Assembly: GCA_000025185.1 (NCBI GenBank)
Contig: CP001848.1
Span: 3,120,001 to 3,152,000, forward strand
From: Pirellula staleyi DSM 6068
GTDB taxonomy: Bacteria; Planctomycetota; Planctomycetia; Pirellulales; Pirellulaceae
DNA: 32,000 nt
Direction: 5' to 3'
The notes under the pieces are model-generated. The model was given only the letters and a program-made list of their open reading frames with translations, was not told the origin of the DNA and made no database searches. Each line of letters begins with the position of its first letter. Position 1 is the first letter of the stretch. This document shows, piece after piece, positions 7,474 to 16,406 of the stretch. A program made the position numbers and the translations under genes.

Positions 7474-9114
7474 TCACGATGAAGGCAATCCCTCGGCTGT
7501 TGTAGCGGGGGTGATCGGAGTGCCAAGGCCCCGGCAAGGATAGTTCGGATCGGACTCAGCACCGCGCTCGAGCATTGCCATCAGATCGAGTACCAGATCG
7601 TCTTCCCAGGGGCGTCCGATCACTTGAACCCCGACGGGCAAACCGACGCTTTCCCGATCGACAGCAGCCGCTTGTTTGAGAGCGATATCGGACGATTTTT
7701 CGCGCGAGGCTTGCTCGTCGTCGCGTACACGTGTGATCCCCATCACTCCGGCGGGAAAGCCGAGAATGTTGGCATAATAGGCGTAGGAAGCTGCTGCCAG
7801 AAGATCGATCGGTTTGCGATGCTGAGGAGCGGGCAGTGCGTGGGGCGGACCGATCAGGGCGACCAATCGCTCGCGCTGAAGTTGCTCGAGCACCTCGTGC
7901 TGATACTGCTGCATGGCGTAGGTCAGCCGCCAAAATCCGGTGGCTGAGGTCGCGCGAGCGCTTGCGACCAGATGCGCCATCGTCGGCTGTCCGGCGAAAC
8001 GGAGTCCGGTCGATAGCAGGGTCCGGAGCAGCCCCGGCATCCCGGCGAGAAAGAGCATGCGGCTGACGCGCCAGTCGAGTTCACTTCCACGGGTGATGGC
8101 GCGGGTATCGGTGCCGCCATCGCTGCCGAGTAAGTTGTAATAGAGCGTGACCAGTTCCTGAGCGTGAGGAGGATGGACCGGTATGACCTCGCAGCCGGCA
8201 CTCACGAGAATTTCGCGCGCGATGGCGACCGCGCGACGAACTGCCGGCGAGGCGGGGAAAACTCCATCGTCGTCGAACCAGCCGATCCGAAGTTTTTCGT
8301 GCGAGGCTGTGCGTGCTTCCAGCGGCGTATCGAGTTCTCCGATGTCGCTCGAAACTTGTCGGCGGCAAGCATCCTCGCCGCGAAGCACACGCATGGCTAG
8401 TTTCAGATCGTCAACGCGCCGCGCCATCGGTCCCGGCTGAGTGACAATCGAGTCAAACCCGCGCAAGGTATTCCGCGCGCCACTTCTTGGCAGCAGATGC
8501 GACGTCGGTTTAAAGCCCATGATGCCGCAGAAGTGCGAGGGGACTCGAATGCTCCCGCCGAGGTCGTTACCGAGCCCCAAAAAACTTCCTCGCGCGGCGA
8601 TGATCGCTGCTTCGCCACCGGTGCTCCCACCTGTGGTGCGAGCCGTGTTCCAAGGGTTGTTCGTTCGTCCGTAAACGGGATTATCGCACTCGTGCCACAG
8701 CATCATTTGCGGCACGTTTGTTTTGCCGAGAAGAATAGCCCCGGCATGCTGAAGTCGGCGTACCAGAACACCGGTTTCGGTCGCACGTTGCTTGGCGAGG
8801 TGCGTCAGACCTATCGAACTGGCAGTCCCCGCGAGAAAGAAGCATTCTTTGATGGTCGCAGGGACACCCAGCAGCGGTGGAAGTGACTCGAGCGATTTGT
8901 TGCTTCGTGCGCGGGCCACTTCAGCGTCGGCAATGCGGGCTGCGGTGCGGGCTTCGTCGAAGCAGCGAATGACGACCGCGTTGATTGCCCGATCGACGTC
9001 GATGATTCGATCGATCGCCGCAGTGGTGGCCTCGAGCGACGTGATTTCGCCGCGCCGAATGGCAGCAGCAAGCTCCGAGGCACCTAGCTTAAGAATCTCT
9101 TCGGCGTGCGACAT
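7474..9114 (-). CDS. Amidase-signature family amidase, FAAH-like
   Basis: AS signature GGSTGGEAAIIAARGSFLGLGNDLGGSIRVPSHFCGIMGFKPT and the Lys motif TIKECFF. Start taken at ATG 9114 (MSHAEEILKLGASELAAAIRRGEITS). A TTG at 9201 is the longer alternative. Confidence 0.9.
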   Translation of the reverse strand: MSHAEEILKLGASELAAAIRRGEITSLEATTAAIDRIIDVDRAINAVVIRCFDEARTAARIADAEVARARSNKSLESLPPLLGVPATIKECFFLAGTASSIGLTHLAKQRATETGVLVRRLQHAGAILLGKTNVPQMMLWHECDNPVYGRTNNPWNTARTTGGSTGGEAAIIAARGSFLGLGNDLGGSIRVPSHFCGIMGFKPTSHLLPRSGARNTLRGFDSIVTQPGPMARRVDDLKLAMRVLRGEDACRRQVSSDIGELDTPLEARTASHEKLRIGWFDDDGVFPASPAVRRAVAIAREILVSAGCEVIPVHPPHAQELVTLYYNLLGSDGGTDTRAITRGSELDWRVSRMLFLAGMPGLLRTLLSTGLRFAGQPTMAHLVASARATSATGFWRLTYAMQQYQHEVLEQLQRERLVALIGPPHALPAPQHRKPIDLLAAASYAYYANILGFPAGVMGITRVRDDEQASREKSSDIALKQAAAVDRESVGLPVGVQVIGRPWEDDLVLDLMAMLERGAESDPNYPCRGLGTPITPATTAEGLPSS

Positions 9115-9213
9115 CAGGCTACTCGCTCCGCCGAGGATGTGGTGTTGAAAACTGCCGGGAGCGAAAGCCGCGGCGTTAAGTCCCTTGGCTTCGCTACGCA
9201 ATCGCTCGAGAAA

Positions 9214-10545
9214 CTAGCGCTCGATCTTCGTGAGACCAGGGAGTGCAGCCTGCAACTTGGCGACACCATCGTCGCTGATGTCGTTGCAGAACGTGATCAC
9301 CAGATGCTTCAGGTTCTTGAGACCCTCGAGTTCAGCAAGTCCGGTGTCGGTGACACGTGTGCTGCCGATGTGCAGGAATTCGAGATTCGAAAGCCCCTTG
9401 AGATGCACAAGACCGGCATCAGTCACTTGGCATTTGTCGAGATTCAGACGCTTCAGTTTGGTCATACCAGCGAGTGGGGCGAGACCGGCGTCGTCGACAA
9501 AGGTGTACCAAAGATTGATCTCTTCGAGGTTTGTCAGTGGCGCGAGCGCGGCGAGACCAGCGTTATCGATGTTAGCGGTTTCTGAAAGGTCGAGCAGTTT
9601 CAGCTTGCTCATGCCAGCCAAGTGCACCATCCCTTTGCTCGTGGTGGTGGTGCTGCGAAGTTCGAGGATCTCGAGGTCTTTGAGCCCTGCGATTTGTGCG
9701 AGGGCATCGTCGGTGACATTCGACGCGCCGTAGAGTTTCAGCTCTTTCAGCTTCGAGAGCCCGCCGATCACTTTCATGCCATCGACCCCGACAGCCGACT
9801 GCTCGAGCGAGAGCGAAGCGAGGTTCTTACAATCCTTGATGTAGCCCATCACGGTGTCGGTGATCGTGGGGCCATAGATCCGCAGACTCTTCAGCTTGGT
9901 CATGCCAGCCAGAGGCGCAAGACCCGCTTCGGTCACTTGATTGCAGTCTTGCAGGTCGAGGAGTTCGAGCTGCGACATGTCCTTGATTGCGGCGAGGCAG
10001 TCATCGTTGAAGTTCGTTTGCGGAGCACGAATGCGACGGAGCGTTTTGATCTTCGCGAGCGATTCGTAGCCCTTCGAAGTGAGATCGCAGCGCTTCAGCT
10101 GAATGTCTTCGAGAGCAGGCAGCTTGGTGAGGTGTTCCATGCCGGCATCGGTGACCGAGCTAAGTTCGAGCACCAGGATTCGAAGTGTGGGGTGACCATC
10201 GAGGTTTGCCAGGCCCGCATCAGTGACCCCGCGAACATTGGCTTCGAGACGCGTGAGGCTGGGGAGTCCCTTCAGATGCTTCAGGTTTTCGTCGCTGCCT
10301 TCGACGCCGAGCTTCACTTCGGTGATGTTCCCTGCATCGTTGCGAACGAAGGTGGCACCGGCGAGTTCCAGGGCCGACACATCATCGGCAAGGTCGGCCT
10401 TCGATTCTGCTTCGCCTTCCGTCTTGGTAACGCTCGATTCCGGTCCGGGAGGGGCTGGTGGTGTGGGGCAACCGGTCAGCATCAGGGGGCTGACTGCCAC
10501 GAGGGTAGCGAGCGAGTAGGCAAAGAATCGATGGCGACGGAGCAT
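9214..10545 (-). CDS. Leucine-rich-repeat (RNI-like) lipoprotein
   Basis: Lipoprotein signal MLRRHRFFAYSLATLVAVSPLMLTGC (lipobox LTGC), a Pro-rich linker, then about 15 repeats of 24-25 aa of the form L.GL..L..L.L....VTDAGL..L. Start at ATG 10545. The track ORF extends to a GTG at 10626. Confidence 0.85.
   Translation of the reverse strand: MLRRHRFFAYSLATLVAVSPLMLTGCPTPPAPPGPESSVTKTEGEAESKADLADDVSALELAGATFVRNDAGNITEVKLGVEGSDENLKHLKGLPSLTRLEANVRGVTDAGLANLDGHPTLRILVLELSSVTDAGMEHLTKLPALEDIQLKRCDLTSKGYESLAKIKTLRRIRAPQTNFNDDCLAAIKDMSQLELLDLQDCNQVTEAGLAPLAGMTKLKSLRIYGPTITDTVMGYIKDCKNLASLSLEQSAVGVDGMKVIGGLSKLKELKLYGASNVTDDALAQIAGLKDLEILELRSTTTTSKGMVHLAGMSKLKLLDLSETANIDNAGLAALAPLTNLEEINLWYTFVDDAGLAPLAGMTKLKRLNLDKCQVTDAGLVHLKGLSNLEFLHIGSTRVTDTGLAELEGLKNLKHLVITFCNDISDDGVAKLQAALPGLTKIER
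9217..10374 (-). repeat. In-frame tandem LRR coding repeats (~72-75 bp period)
   Basis: Repeated peptide units such as LAPLAGMTKLKSLRIYG, LAPLAGMTKLKRLNLDK, VTDAGLVHLKGLSNLEFL and VTDTGLAELEGLKNLKHL. The periodicity is confined to the CDS. Confidence 0.7.
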
Positions 10546-11013
10546 AGTGATGGGTCTGCTGTTGGAAGGTGGGGGCAAACCGCGACGAGCGTGGGGCACG
10601 ATGTTCGTCGCGCCGGTGCAGGCCACAGCCAGTAGGGACGAGGTTAGGTAGCGAATTGCCCGAACGATGTCGGACCGCCCGAGCGTTTTCCCTTAGCCAG
10701 TCCAGGGACTCAGCAGTCCGGGCGACTGATCGCGGGAGAAATGCAGCACGAGGAGCCGAACGTCGGACGATTTTTCGGGCTTCGAACCAGCGCTTCAGCC
10801 TACTAATCTGCTAATCGCGACGCAAACCCCCTGCGGATCGCCGCTCGGAAACCGCTTCGATTCCCGTGTGTTTAAGCAGCCCGAGAACTGTGAGGAATCT
10901 CGTTTTTCTGCGGGAAACCACGGTGCGGGCGGTTGAAGAATGCGTGACAGCCGAGAGGGCTGTAAGAATTAATTGCGGAGGAATTGGTATTTATTCGAGG
11001 TGAATACCGCGTG

Positions 11014-11093
11014 CTCGCAAGAAAAAGAAGGAGCGGCTCTCTTCATTCAGGGATCTGGGGGCAGGTGTCCCGTGGCGCTGAAGAGAGCCGCTC
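11014..11093 (-). terminator. Long perfect hairpin with a T-rich tail on the minus strand (terminator-like; no gene upstream of it)
   Basis: GAGCGGCTCTCTTCA (11031-11045) pairs perfectly with TGAAGAGAGCCGCTC (11079-11093): 15 bp, 33-nt loop. On the minus strand it is followed by CTTCTTTTTCTTG. The plus-strand tail is not T-rich. Confidence 0.35.
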
Positions 11094-11259
11094 TTCACGA
11101 ACTATCAGCTCGCGACCCTTAGTGCCACCTTCTTGGCAGGGTGGTGGCAGGATGCGATCTGATAGGAGAAGTATCGGCGACGGTCCGCCGCATGCTTTTG
11201 CTATTTGTACCACTGAAAAGACAATCCCGCTCAGTTTCTATGCAGGTTGTAGCAGTTAG

Positions 11260-11287
11260 AAAACAAAAAACCCCCAATTGATGGGGG
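11260..11287 (-). terminator. Intrinsic terminator on the minus strand with no annotated gene to terminate
   Basis: Minus-strand reading: CCCCCA-TCAAT-TGGGGG followed by TTTTTTGTTTT. The nearest gene to its right (ALDH) is on the other strand. Confidence 0.5.
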
Positions 11288-11528
11288 TAAAGGAAAAACG
11301 AATAAAAATACCTCTCCCCAATTCCACAGAGTAGCGCTCTCCGACGCACACTTCTTGCGATCTTCACACCCCGTCATAACTTGCGCAAACCTAAGTCTCA
11401 GAATAACTTGCCCTGGGGGGGGCAGGAGCGATAAGCTTCTAGTAGCGTCTACCCGCATGCTCTTCTAGGGACGCTTCACGAATCCAACTATCTCCGATTT
11501 CTCCCCTCTCTCCCGAGGAGTCTCGAAA

Positions 11529-13007
11529 ATGGCAACGCTGGTTTCTCCGCCCGTACGCAAATTGCCCACCATCCATCAAACCCAATGCTTTATTGGAGGA
11601 CAGTGGCTCCCCTCGCAAAGTGGCAAAACGTTCGAGACGATCGACCCCTCGACCGAACAGGTGATTGCTCAGGTGGCCGAGGGGGACGCCGCCGATGTCG
11701 ATCTTGCCGCCAAGGCGGCCCGCAAGGCATTCGAAGAGGGGCCGTGGTCGAAAATGGATGCTCGCGATCGTGGTCGGCTGATGTACAAGCTGGCCGACCT
11801 GATCGAAGAGGAAAAGGAAGAACTGGCCGCCCTCGAGTCGCTCGATAACGGCAAGCCGGTGCGAGATTCGCTCGCCGCCGACCTGCCACTCACGATCGAC
11901 TGTCTTCGCTATTACGCCGGTTTCGCCGACAAAATCCATGGCCAAACGATTCCAATCCGAGGCAATTACCTTTGCTACACCCGCAAAGAACCCGTGGGAG
12001 TGGTAGGGCAGATCATTCCTTGGAACTTCCCCATGCTGATGACAGCTTGGAAATGGGGACCCGCCCTCGCCGCCGGTTGCACGATTGTGATGAAGCCAGC
12101 CGAACAGACCCCGCTCACCTGCTTGCGCATGGCTCGACTGGCACAGAAAGCGGGCATTCCCGACGGCGTGATCAACGTGGTGCCCGGTTATGGACCGACC
12201 GCTGGCGCCGCAGTGGTGAAGCATCCGGGAATCGACAAGGTGGCGTTCACCGGCGAGACCAGCACCGCGCAAACGATCATGCGCGAATCGGTTGCCTCGC
12301 TCAAACGGCTCACGTTCGAGCTGGGTGGCAAGAGCCCCAACATCATCTTCGCTGATAGCGATCTCGATGCGGCTGCGGCGGGCGCGCACTTTGGGTTGTA
12401 CTTCAACCAAGGGCAATGCTGCTGCGCTGGCAGCCGCGTGTTTGTCGAGGACAAAGTGTATGACAAGTTCATCGACAAAGTGGCCTCGATGAACACGTCG
12501 CGCCGGCTGGGCGATCCGCTTGACCCCACCACCGAGCAAGGTCCGCAGGTCGACAAAACGCAGATGGAAAAAATCCTGCACTACATCGATCTTGGCAAGC
12601 AGCAAGGGGCGCAGATGGTGAGTGGTGGCAAGCGTTTTGGCGAGAAGGGCTACTACGTCGAGCCGACCCTGTTTGCCGACGTGAACGACGACATGTCGAT
12701 CGCCAAAGATGAAATTTTTGGCCCGGTGATGAGCGTGCTCCGATTCAGCGACATGGACGATCTGCTGAAGCGGGCCAACAACACCATGTTCGGACTTGCC
12801 GCCGCCGTTTGGACACGCGACATCGGCCGAGCGCACACGTTTGCTAAAGCACTTCGAGCTGGCACGGTGTGGGTGAACTGCTACGACGTCTTCGACGCCG
12901 CTGCCCCGTTCGGCGGTTTCAAGATGAGCGGCATCGGCCGCGAACTTGGCGAAGAAGGCCTTAAGGCCTACACCGAAAACAAAACCATCACCGTCGCCAT
13001 GAGTTAG
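11529..13007 (+). CDS. NAD(P)-dependent aldehyde dehydrogenase (ALDH1/2-like)
   Basis: 492 aa. Motifs [26 protein letters not shown] and catalytic-Cys region [24 protein letters not shown] lies 9 nt upstream of the ATG. Confidence 0.95.
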   Translation: MATLVSPPVRKLPTIHQTQCFIGGQWLPSQSGKTFETIDPSTEQVIAQVAEGDAADVDLAAKAARKAFEEGPWSKMDARDRGRLMYKLADLIEEEKEELAALESLDNGKPVRDSLAADLPLTIDCLRYYAGFADKIHGQTIPIRGNYLCYTRKEPVGVVGQIIPWNFPMLMTAWKWGPALAAGCTIVMKPAEQTPLTCLRMARLAQKAGIPDGVINVVPGYGPTAGAAVVKHPGIDKVAFTGETSTAQTIMRESVASLKRLTFELGGKSPNIIFADSDLDAAAAGAHFGLYFNQGQCCCAGSRVFVEDKVYDKFIDKVASMNTSRRLGDPLDPTTEQGPQVDKTQMEKILHYIDLGKQQGAQMVSGGKRFGEKGYYVEPTLFADVNDDMSIAKDEIFGPVMSVLRFSDMDDLLKRANNTMFGLAAAVWTRDIGRAHTFAKALRAGTVWVNCYDVFDAAAPFGGFKMSGIGRELGEEGLKAYTENKTITVAMS

Positions 13008-13062
13008 ATCGCAAAGATCGTAAACCTAGCGAAAAAACAACATTTCAGCAGCGCACCTATGT

Positions 13063-13101
13063 GAAGGGATCGTCTTTTGAGGGCGATCCCTTCTTGTGTT
13101 T
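13063..13101 (+). terminator. Intrinsic terminator after the aldehyde dehydrogenase gene
   Basis: GAAGGGATC (13063-13071) pairs with GATCCCTTC (13085-13093), followed by TTGTGTTT. Confidence 0.6.
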
Positions 13102-13116
13102 GGGTAGCGAAGGCTG

Positions 13117-14442
13117 CTACCGACTAATGCAGTAGAGATGTGTTTTGGAGCGGATGTAGATGCGGCCGTCGCTGGTGGCGGGCGATGCGATGGTTTCACC
13201 TTCGAGTTGATTTTCGACAAGCTTGTCGAAACGCGGGGTCGCGCTGATCACCGTGCAGCGGCCATCGGTGTTGAGCAAAAACACGCGACCTTCGGCGGTG
13301 ATGGGGGAAGCCTTGTACTTCCCCGCAATTCGCTCTTTGAATTTGAGGTTGCCACTCGCCAGGTCGATGCAGCGGAGAATGCCGTCGTCCGTTACTGAAT
13401 AGATCAGCTCGCGAGCCACGACGGGTGTGCAGCTGTCGGGAGTTCCTTCCGTGTAGCTCCAGAGCACAGCGCGATGATTCTGCTCGCCAGTGCCTGTGGG
13501 ACGGACTGCAATCATGGGGCCGCGCATCCCGCGTGTGGTGATGATCATGTCACCAGCAATCGTCGGCCCGGTTACTGTGCGACCACCCACGAGACCATCG
13601 AGCATCCAGATCTGGTTGCCACTCACAGGATCATATGCGTCGAGCTGGTTGCCACCCATCACCACCAATTGCTGTAGGCCGCCGATTTTTGTCAGCAGCG
13701 GTGTAGTGTACGAATCACACTGTTCACTCTTAGCGGCAGTCATGCGTGGCTTTTTCCATCGCAATTTGCCCGTCACTAGATCGTGCGCCACCACGTAGCT
13801 CTCCACGGGTTCGGATTGCAGGTCTGAACGCGAGTCTTGCATGCAAACGTTGATGACCAGTCCACTCGCAATCACTGGGCTGTTGGCATGGCCCCACCAG
13901 ATCGTGTAGTTGCCATACGCTTCGGCCAAATTGTGTTTCCATAGCTCGTTTCCCTCGAAGTCGAGCGCCACTAGTAGTCCATTGCCAAAGTGAGCAACTA
14001 CTGTCTTGCCATCGGTCACACACGAGGGACTGGCAAGGTTGTGGAGGTCGTGAAACTTCTGCTCTTTGCGCATCTCCGATTGGCGCGCCGCTTCTCCGGT
14101 TCCAACGCTCTTTTGCCACTCGATTTCGCCTGTTTTCTTCGAGAGCTTCAGCACCATCAGCTGTTGATCTTGGGTGTGGCTGGTCAGGAAAATCGCGTCT
14201 CCCCAAATCACAGGAGTACTCGCGCCCGACGCAGGAATCGCTGTTTTCCAAGCGATTCCCCGCTTTTCGCTCCAGACAATCGGCAGTTCTCGCTCGCTGC
14301 TGACACCCGTCCCTTCGGGGCCGCGCCACTGCGGCCAGTTCTCTGCCATGGCCGAAGAGTGGATGAAAACGATCGCCAAAAGTGTGAAAGAAGTCGTGAG
14401 AAATTGTTGGCGAATTACGTGGTAAGTCGTAAGGAGTTGCAT
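13117..14442 (-). CDS. PQQ-like beta-propeller repeat protein (secreted)
   Basis: 441 aa. Signal peptide, then NWPQWRGPEGTGVS, which is typical of PQQ-like/BamB-like propeller proteins. Repeated propeller blades follow (e.g. VVMGGNQLDAYDPVSGNQIW, DDGILRCIDLASGNLKF). Confidence 0.85.
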   Translation of the reverse strand: MQLLTTYHVIRQQFLTTSFTLLAIVFIHSSAMAENWPQWRGPEGTGVSSERELPIVWSEKRGIAWKTAIPASGASTPVIWGDAIFLTSHTQDQQLMVLKLSKKTGEIEWQKSVGTGEAARQSEMRKEQKFHDLHNLASPSCVTDGKTVVAHFGNGLLVALDFEGNELWKHNLAEAYGNYTIWWGHANSPVIASGLVINVCMQDSRSDLQSEPVESYVVAHDLVTGKLRWKKPRMTAAKSEQCDSYTTPLLTKIGGLQQLVVMGGNQLDAYDPVSGNQIWMLDGLVGGRTVTGPTIAGDMIITTRGMRGPMIAVRPTGTGEQNHRAVLWSYTEGTPDSCTPVVARELIYSVTDDGILRCIDLASGNLKFKERIAGKYKASPITAEGRVFLLNTDGRCTVISATPRFDKLVENQLEGETIASPATSDGRIYIRSKTHLYCISR

Positions 14443-14569
14443 CGAAGTAGGCAGGCCTTATCGAGATGGGAGAGAGCGATGGCAGAGAGACATTTGGCAA
14501 GCTAAATCGCAGTGTAACGAACTGTACACCAGGCCCCAAACACTTTTTCTTCGCGAGACAGCTGCGCGT

Positions 14570-15682
14570 TTAAAGTGGCGATTTGCTACTGCGGCCAGGA
14601 ATTTCGGCGACATAACGCGGAATGGCGTAGCCCGGTAGCGATGCGCGAAGTTGCTCGATCAACTCCCGTCCGCGCGATTCTTCGACGAGAAAATGGGCCG
14701 CTCCAGCGACACGATCGAGCTGGCTTAAGTAATACGGCAGTACGCGCATGTTCACGAGCGTTTCGCATAGTTCGTGAAGTGCTTCAAAGTTGTCGTTCAC
14801 TCCGCGCAGCAGCACCGCTTGATTCATCACCACGATCCCTGCGTCGACCAGCCGCGCTAGTGCCGCTGCCACGGCGCTGTCGATCTCGCGCGGGTGATTG
14901 ATATGCACCACCATGTAGGGTGCTAGTCGCGTGCCGCGCATCCAGCCGATCAGTTCGTCGTTTACTCGCTCGGGTATTACCACAGGGACACGCGAATGAA
15001 CCCGCAGCCGCTTGAGATGCGGAATCTCGGCGAATCGATGGGCCAGTTCGGCCAGCGTGCTGTCGACGATCGTCAGCGGATCGCCACCACTCAGAATCAC
15101 TTCTTGCACCGACTCGTCGGCCGCAATCTCATCGATCGCAGGTTGCCAGCCAGCGAGCCCCCGTGGCGTTTCGTCGTACGGATAATGTCGGCGGAAGCAG
15201 TAACGACAATGCACCGCGCAGCTGCCCGACAAAATCATGAGCGCGCGACCATCGTACTTCTGCAGCAATCCCGGCAGACGCTCCGACTCTCGATCGCCAA
15301 CCGGATCGGTCAAAAAATCGGCGGGAGAACTCATTTCCCCCGCGACCGGCAGCACTTGCAGCAGCAGCGGATCGGCCGGATTTCCGCGCTCGATACGCGA
15401 CAGATAGGGACCTGGAACCAGCACGCGAAACTGCTCGGCGGCAGCATCCAGCGGGACGAAGGCGGGATCAATTGCCCCAGAAGGGCCGGCGATCGAGGTT
15501 GCAGCCAGATGCTCAGGAGATTTTGTAAGTCCAACCGCTTCAAGAAGTTCCGGCAGTGTGCGTAGGCTCTCGCGAAGCGTTTTTCGCCAGTCGCTGGCAG
15601 AAATAATGGAGCCTTGCCCGCCGGACGATTCGCCCGGCGAACTGGACCTCACATTTTCGCGATTGCCTGCTACAATTTGCAT
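14570..15682 (-). CDS. epmB: EF-P beta-lysylation protein EpmB (lysine 2,3-aminomutase, KamA family radical SAM)
   Basis: Radical-SAM CAVHCRYCFRR, ILSGGDPL and a KamA-type C-terminal region. Divergent from efp. Start taken at ATG 15682; GTG 15703 is the alternative. Confidence 0.85.
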   Translation of the reverse strand: MQIVAGNRENVRSSSPGESSGGQGSIISASDWRKTLRESLRTLPELLEAVGLTKSPEHLAATSIAGPSGAIDPAFVPLDAAAEQFRVLVPGPYLSRIERGNPADPLLLQVLPVAGEMSSPADFLTDPVGDRESERLPGLLQKYDGRALMILSGSCAVHCRYCFRRHYPYDETPRGLAGWQPAIDEIAADESVQEVILSGGDPLTIVDSTLAELAHRFAEIPHLKRLRVHSRVPVVIPERVNDELIGWMRGTRLAPYMVVHINHPREIDSAVAAALARLVDAGIVVMNQAVLLRGVNDNFEALHELCETLVNMRVLPYYLSQLDRVAGAAHFLVEESRGRELIEQLRASLPGYAIPRYVAEIPGRSSKSPL

Positions 15683-15730
15683 CTTTCCAGAATAGCAGTT
15701 CACTCAGGATGGCGTAGTAGGGAACATTTT

Positions 15731-16300
15731 GTGGGCACGTACAAGACAAGCGATTTCAAAAAGGGTTTGAAGGTTCAGATCAATGGCGAGCCTTGGCTGA
15801 TTGTGGAAATGAACTTCCGCAAGCCAGGCAAAGGCAATGCGCTTTACGAATGTCGCCTGAAGAACCTCATCCGTGGCACGACTCTCGACCGCGTCTACAA
15901 AGGTGGCGATTCGCTCGAGTCGGCTGACGTCGAAGAAATCGAAGTCCAATTCCTCTATCGCCAGCAAGACACGTTCGTCTTCATGGACAACGTCACCTTC
16001 GAGCAATACGAAGTGTCGAAGGAGGCTGTCGATGAAATGTGGAAGTTCCTCAAGGATGGCATGATCTGCAGCATCACGCTGTTCAACGGTCGTCCGATCG
16101 TGATCACTCCACCAATGCACGTCGAACTCAAGGTCGAGTACTGCGAACCAGGTGCTCGTGGCGATACCGCGACGAACGTCACCAAGCCTGTAAAGCTCGA
16201 GACTGGCGCTGAGATCCCAGCTCCGCTCTTCATCAACATCGGCAACGTCATCAGGATCGATACCCGCACTGGCGAATACGTCGAACGCATCTCGACGTAA
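15731..16300 (+). CDS. efp: Translation elongation factor P
   Basis: GTG start giving (M)GTYKTSDFKKGLKVQINGEPWLIVEMNFRKPGKGNALYECRLKNL. The KPGKG loop carries the modifiable Lys. Length ~189 aa is typical. Confidence 0.95.
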   Translation: MGTYKTSDFKKGLKVQINGEPWLIVEMNFRKPGKGNALYECRLKNLIRGTTLDRVYKGGDSLESADVEEIEVQFLYRQQDTFVFMDNVTFEQYEVSKEAVDEMWKFLKDGMICSITLFNGRPIVITPPMHVELKVEYCEPGARGDTATNVTKPVKLETGAEIPAPLFINIGNVIRIDTRTGEYVERIST

Positions 16301-16333
16301 TTGCACAGCCGCAATCCAACGCAATGACTACAG

Positions 16334-16378
16334 CCCGCGTGATGAGCTCCAACTCGAGTTCATCACGCGGGTTTTTTT
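16334..16378 (+). terminator. Strong intrinsic terminator between efp and epmA
   Basis: CCCGCGTGATGA (16334-16345) pairs with TCATCACGCGGG (16360-16371), extendable to ~15 bp, followed by T7 (16372-16378). Confidence 0.75.
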
Positions 16379-16406
16379 GTGGACTCTGTTCCAGCGAGCG
16401 ACGTCG

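Noticed and set aside
9217-10374. Regular ~72-75 bp periodicity that could be mistaken for a CRISPR or satellite array. The ~255-bp periodicity in 26900-28400 raises the same question.
   Set aside because: Both periodicities lie entirely within ORFs and correspond to LRR units and S1 domains. The repeats are diverged at the DNA level, and there is no alternation of identical repeats with unique spacers.
10777-10791. T-loop-like GGTTCGAAGCC (minus strand), and TTCGATTCC at about 10857-10865, hinting at tRNA genes.
   Set aside because: The flanking bases do not form a T-stem, acceptor stem or anticodon arm. No cloverleaf can be drawn.
11439-12836. 465-aa ORF antisense to the aldehyde dehydrogenase. 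Similar long antisense ORFs are 26869-28608 (579 aa, opposite rpsA), 21842-23206 (454 aa, opposite the dipeptidase), 9622-10635 (opposite the LRR gene), 2231-3247 (opposite folC), 15704-16324 (opposite efp) and 398-1015 (opposite the ABC ATPase).
   Set aside because: The sense strands carry unambiguous family motifs along their whole length. The antisense translations are Arg/His/Gly/Asp-rich low-information sequence with no motifs. Stop-poor antisense frames are expected in GC-rich genes with GC-rich third positions.
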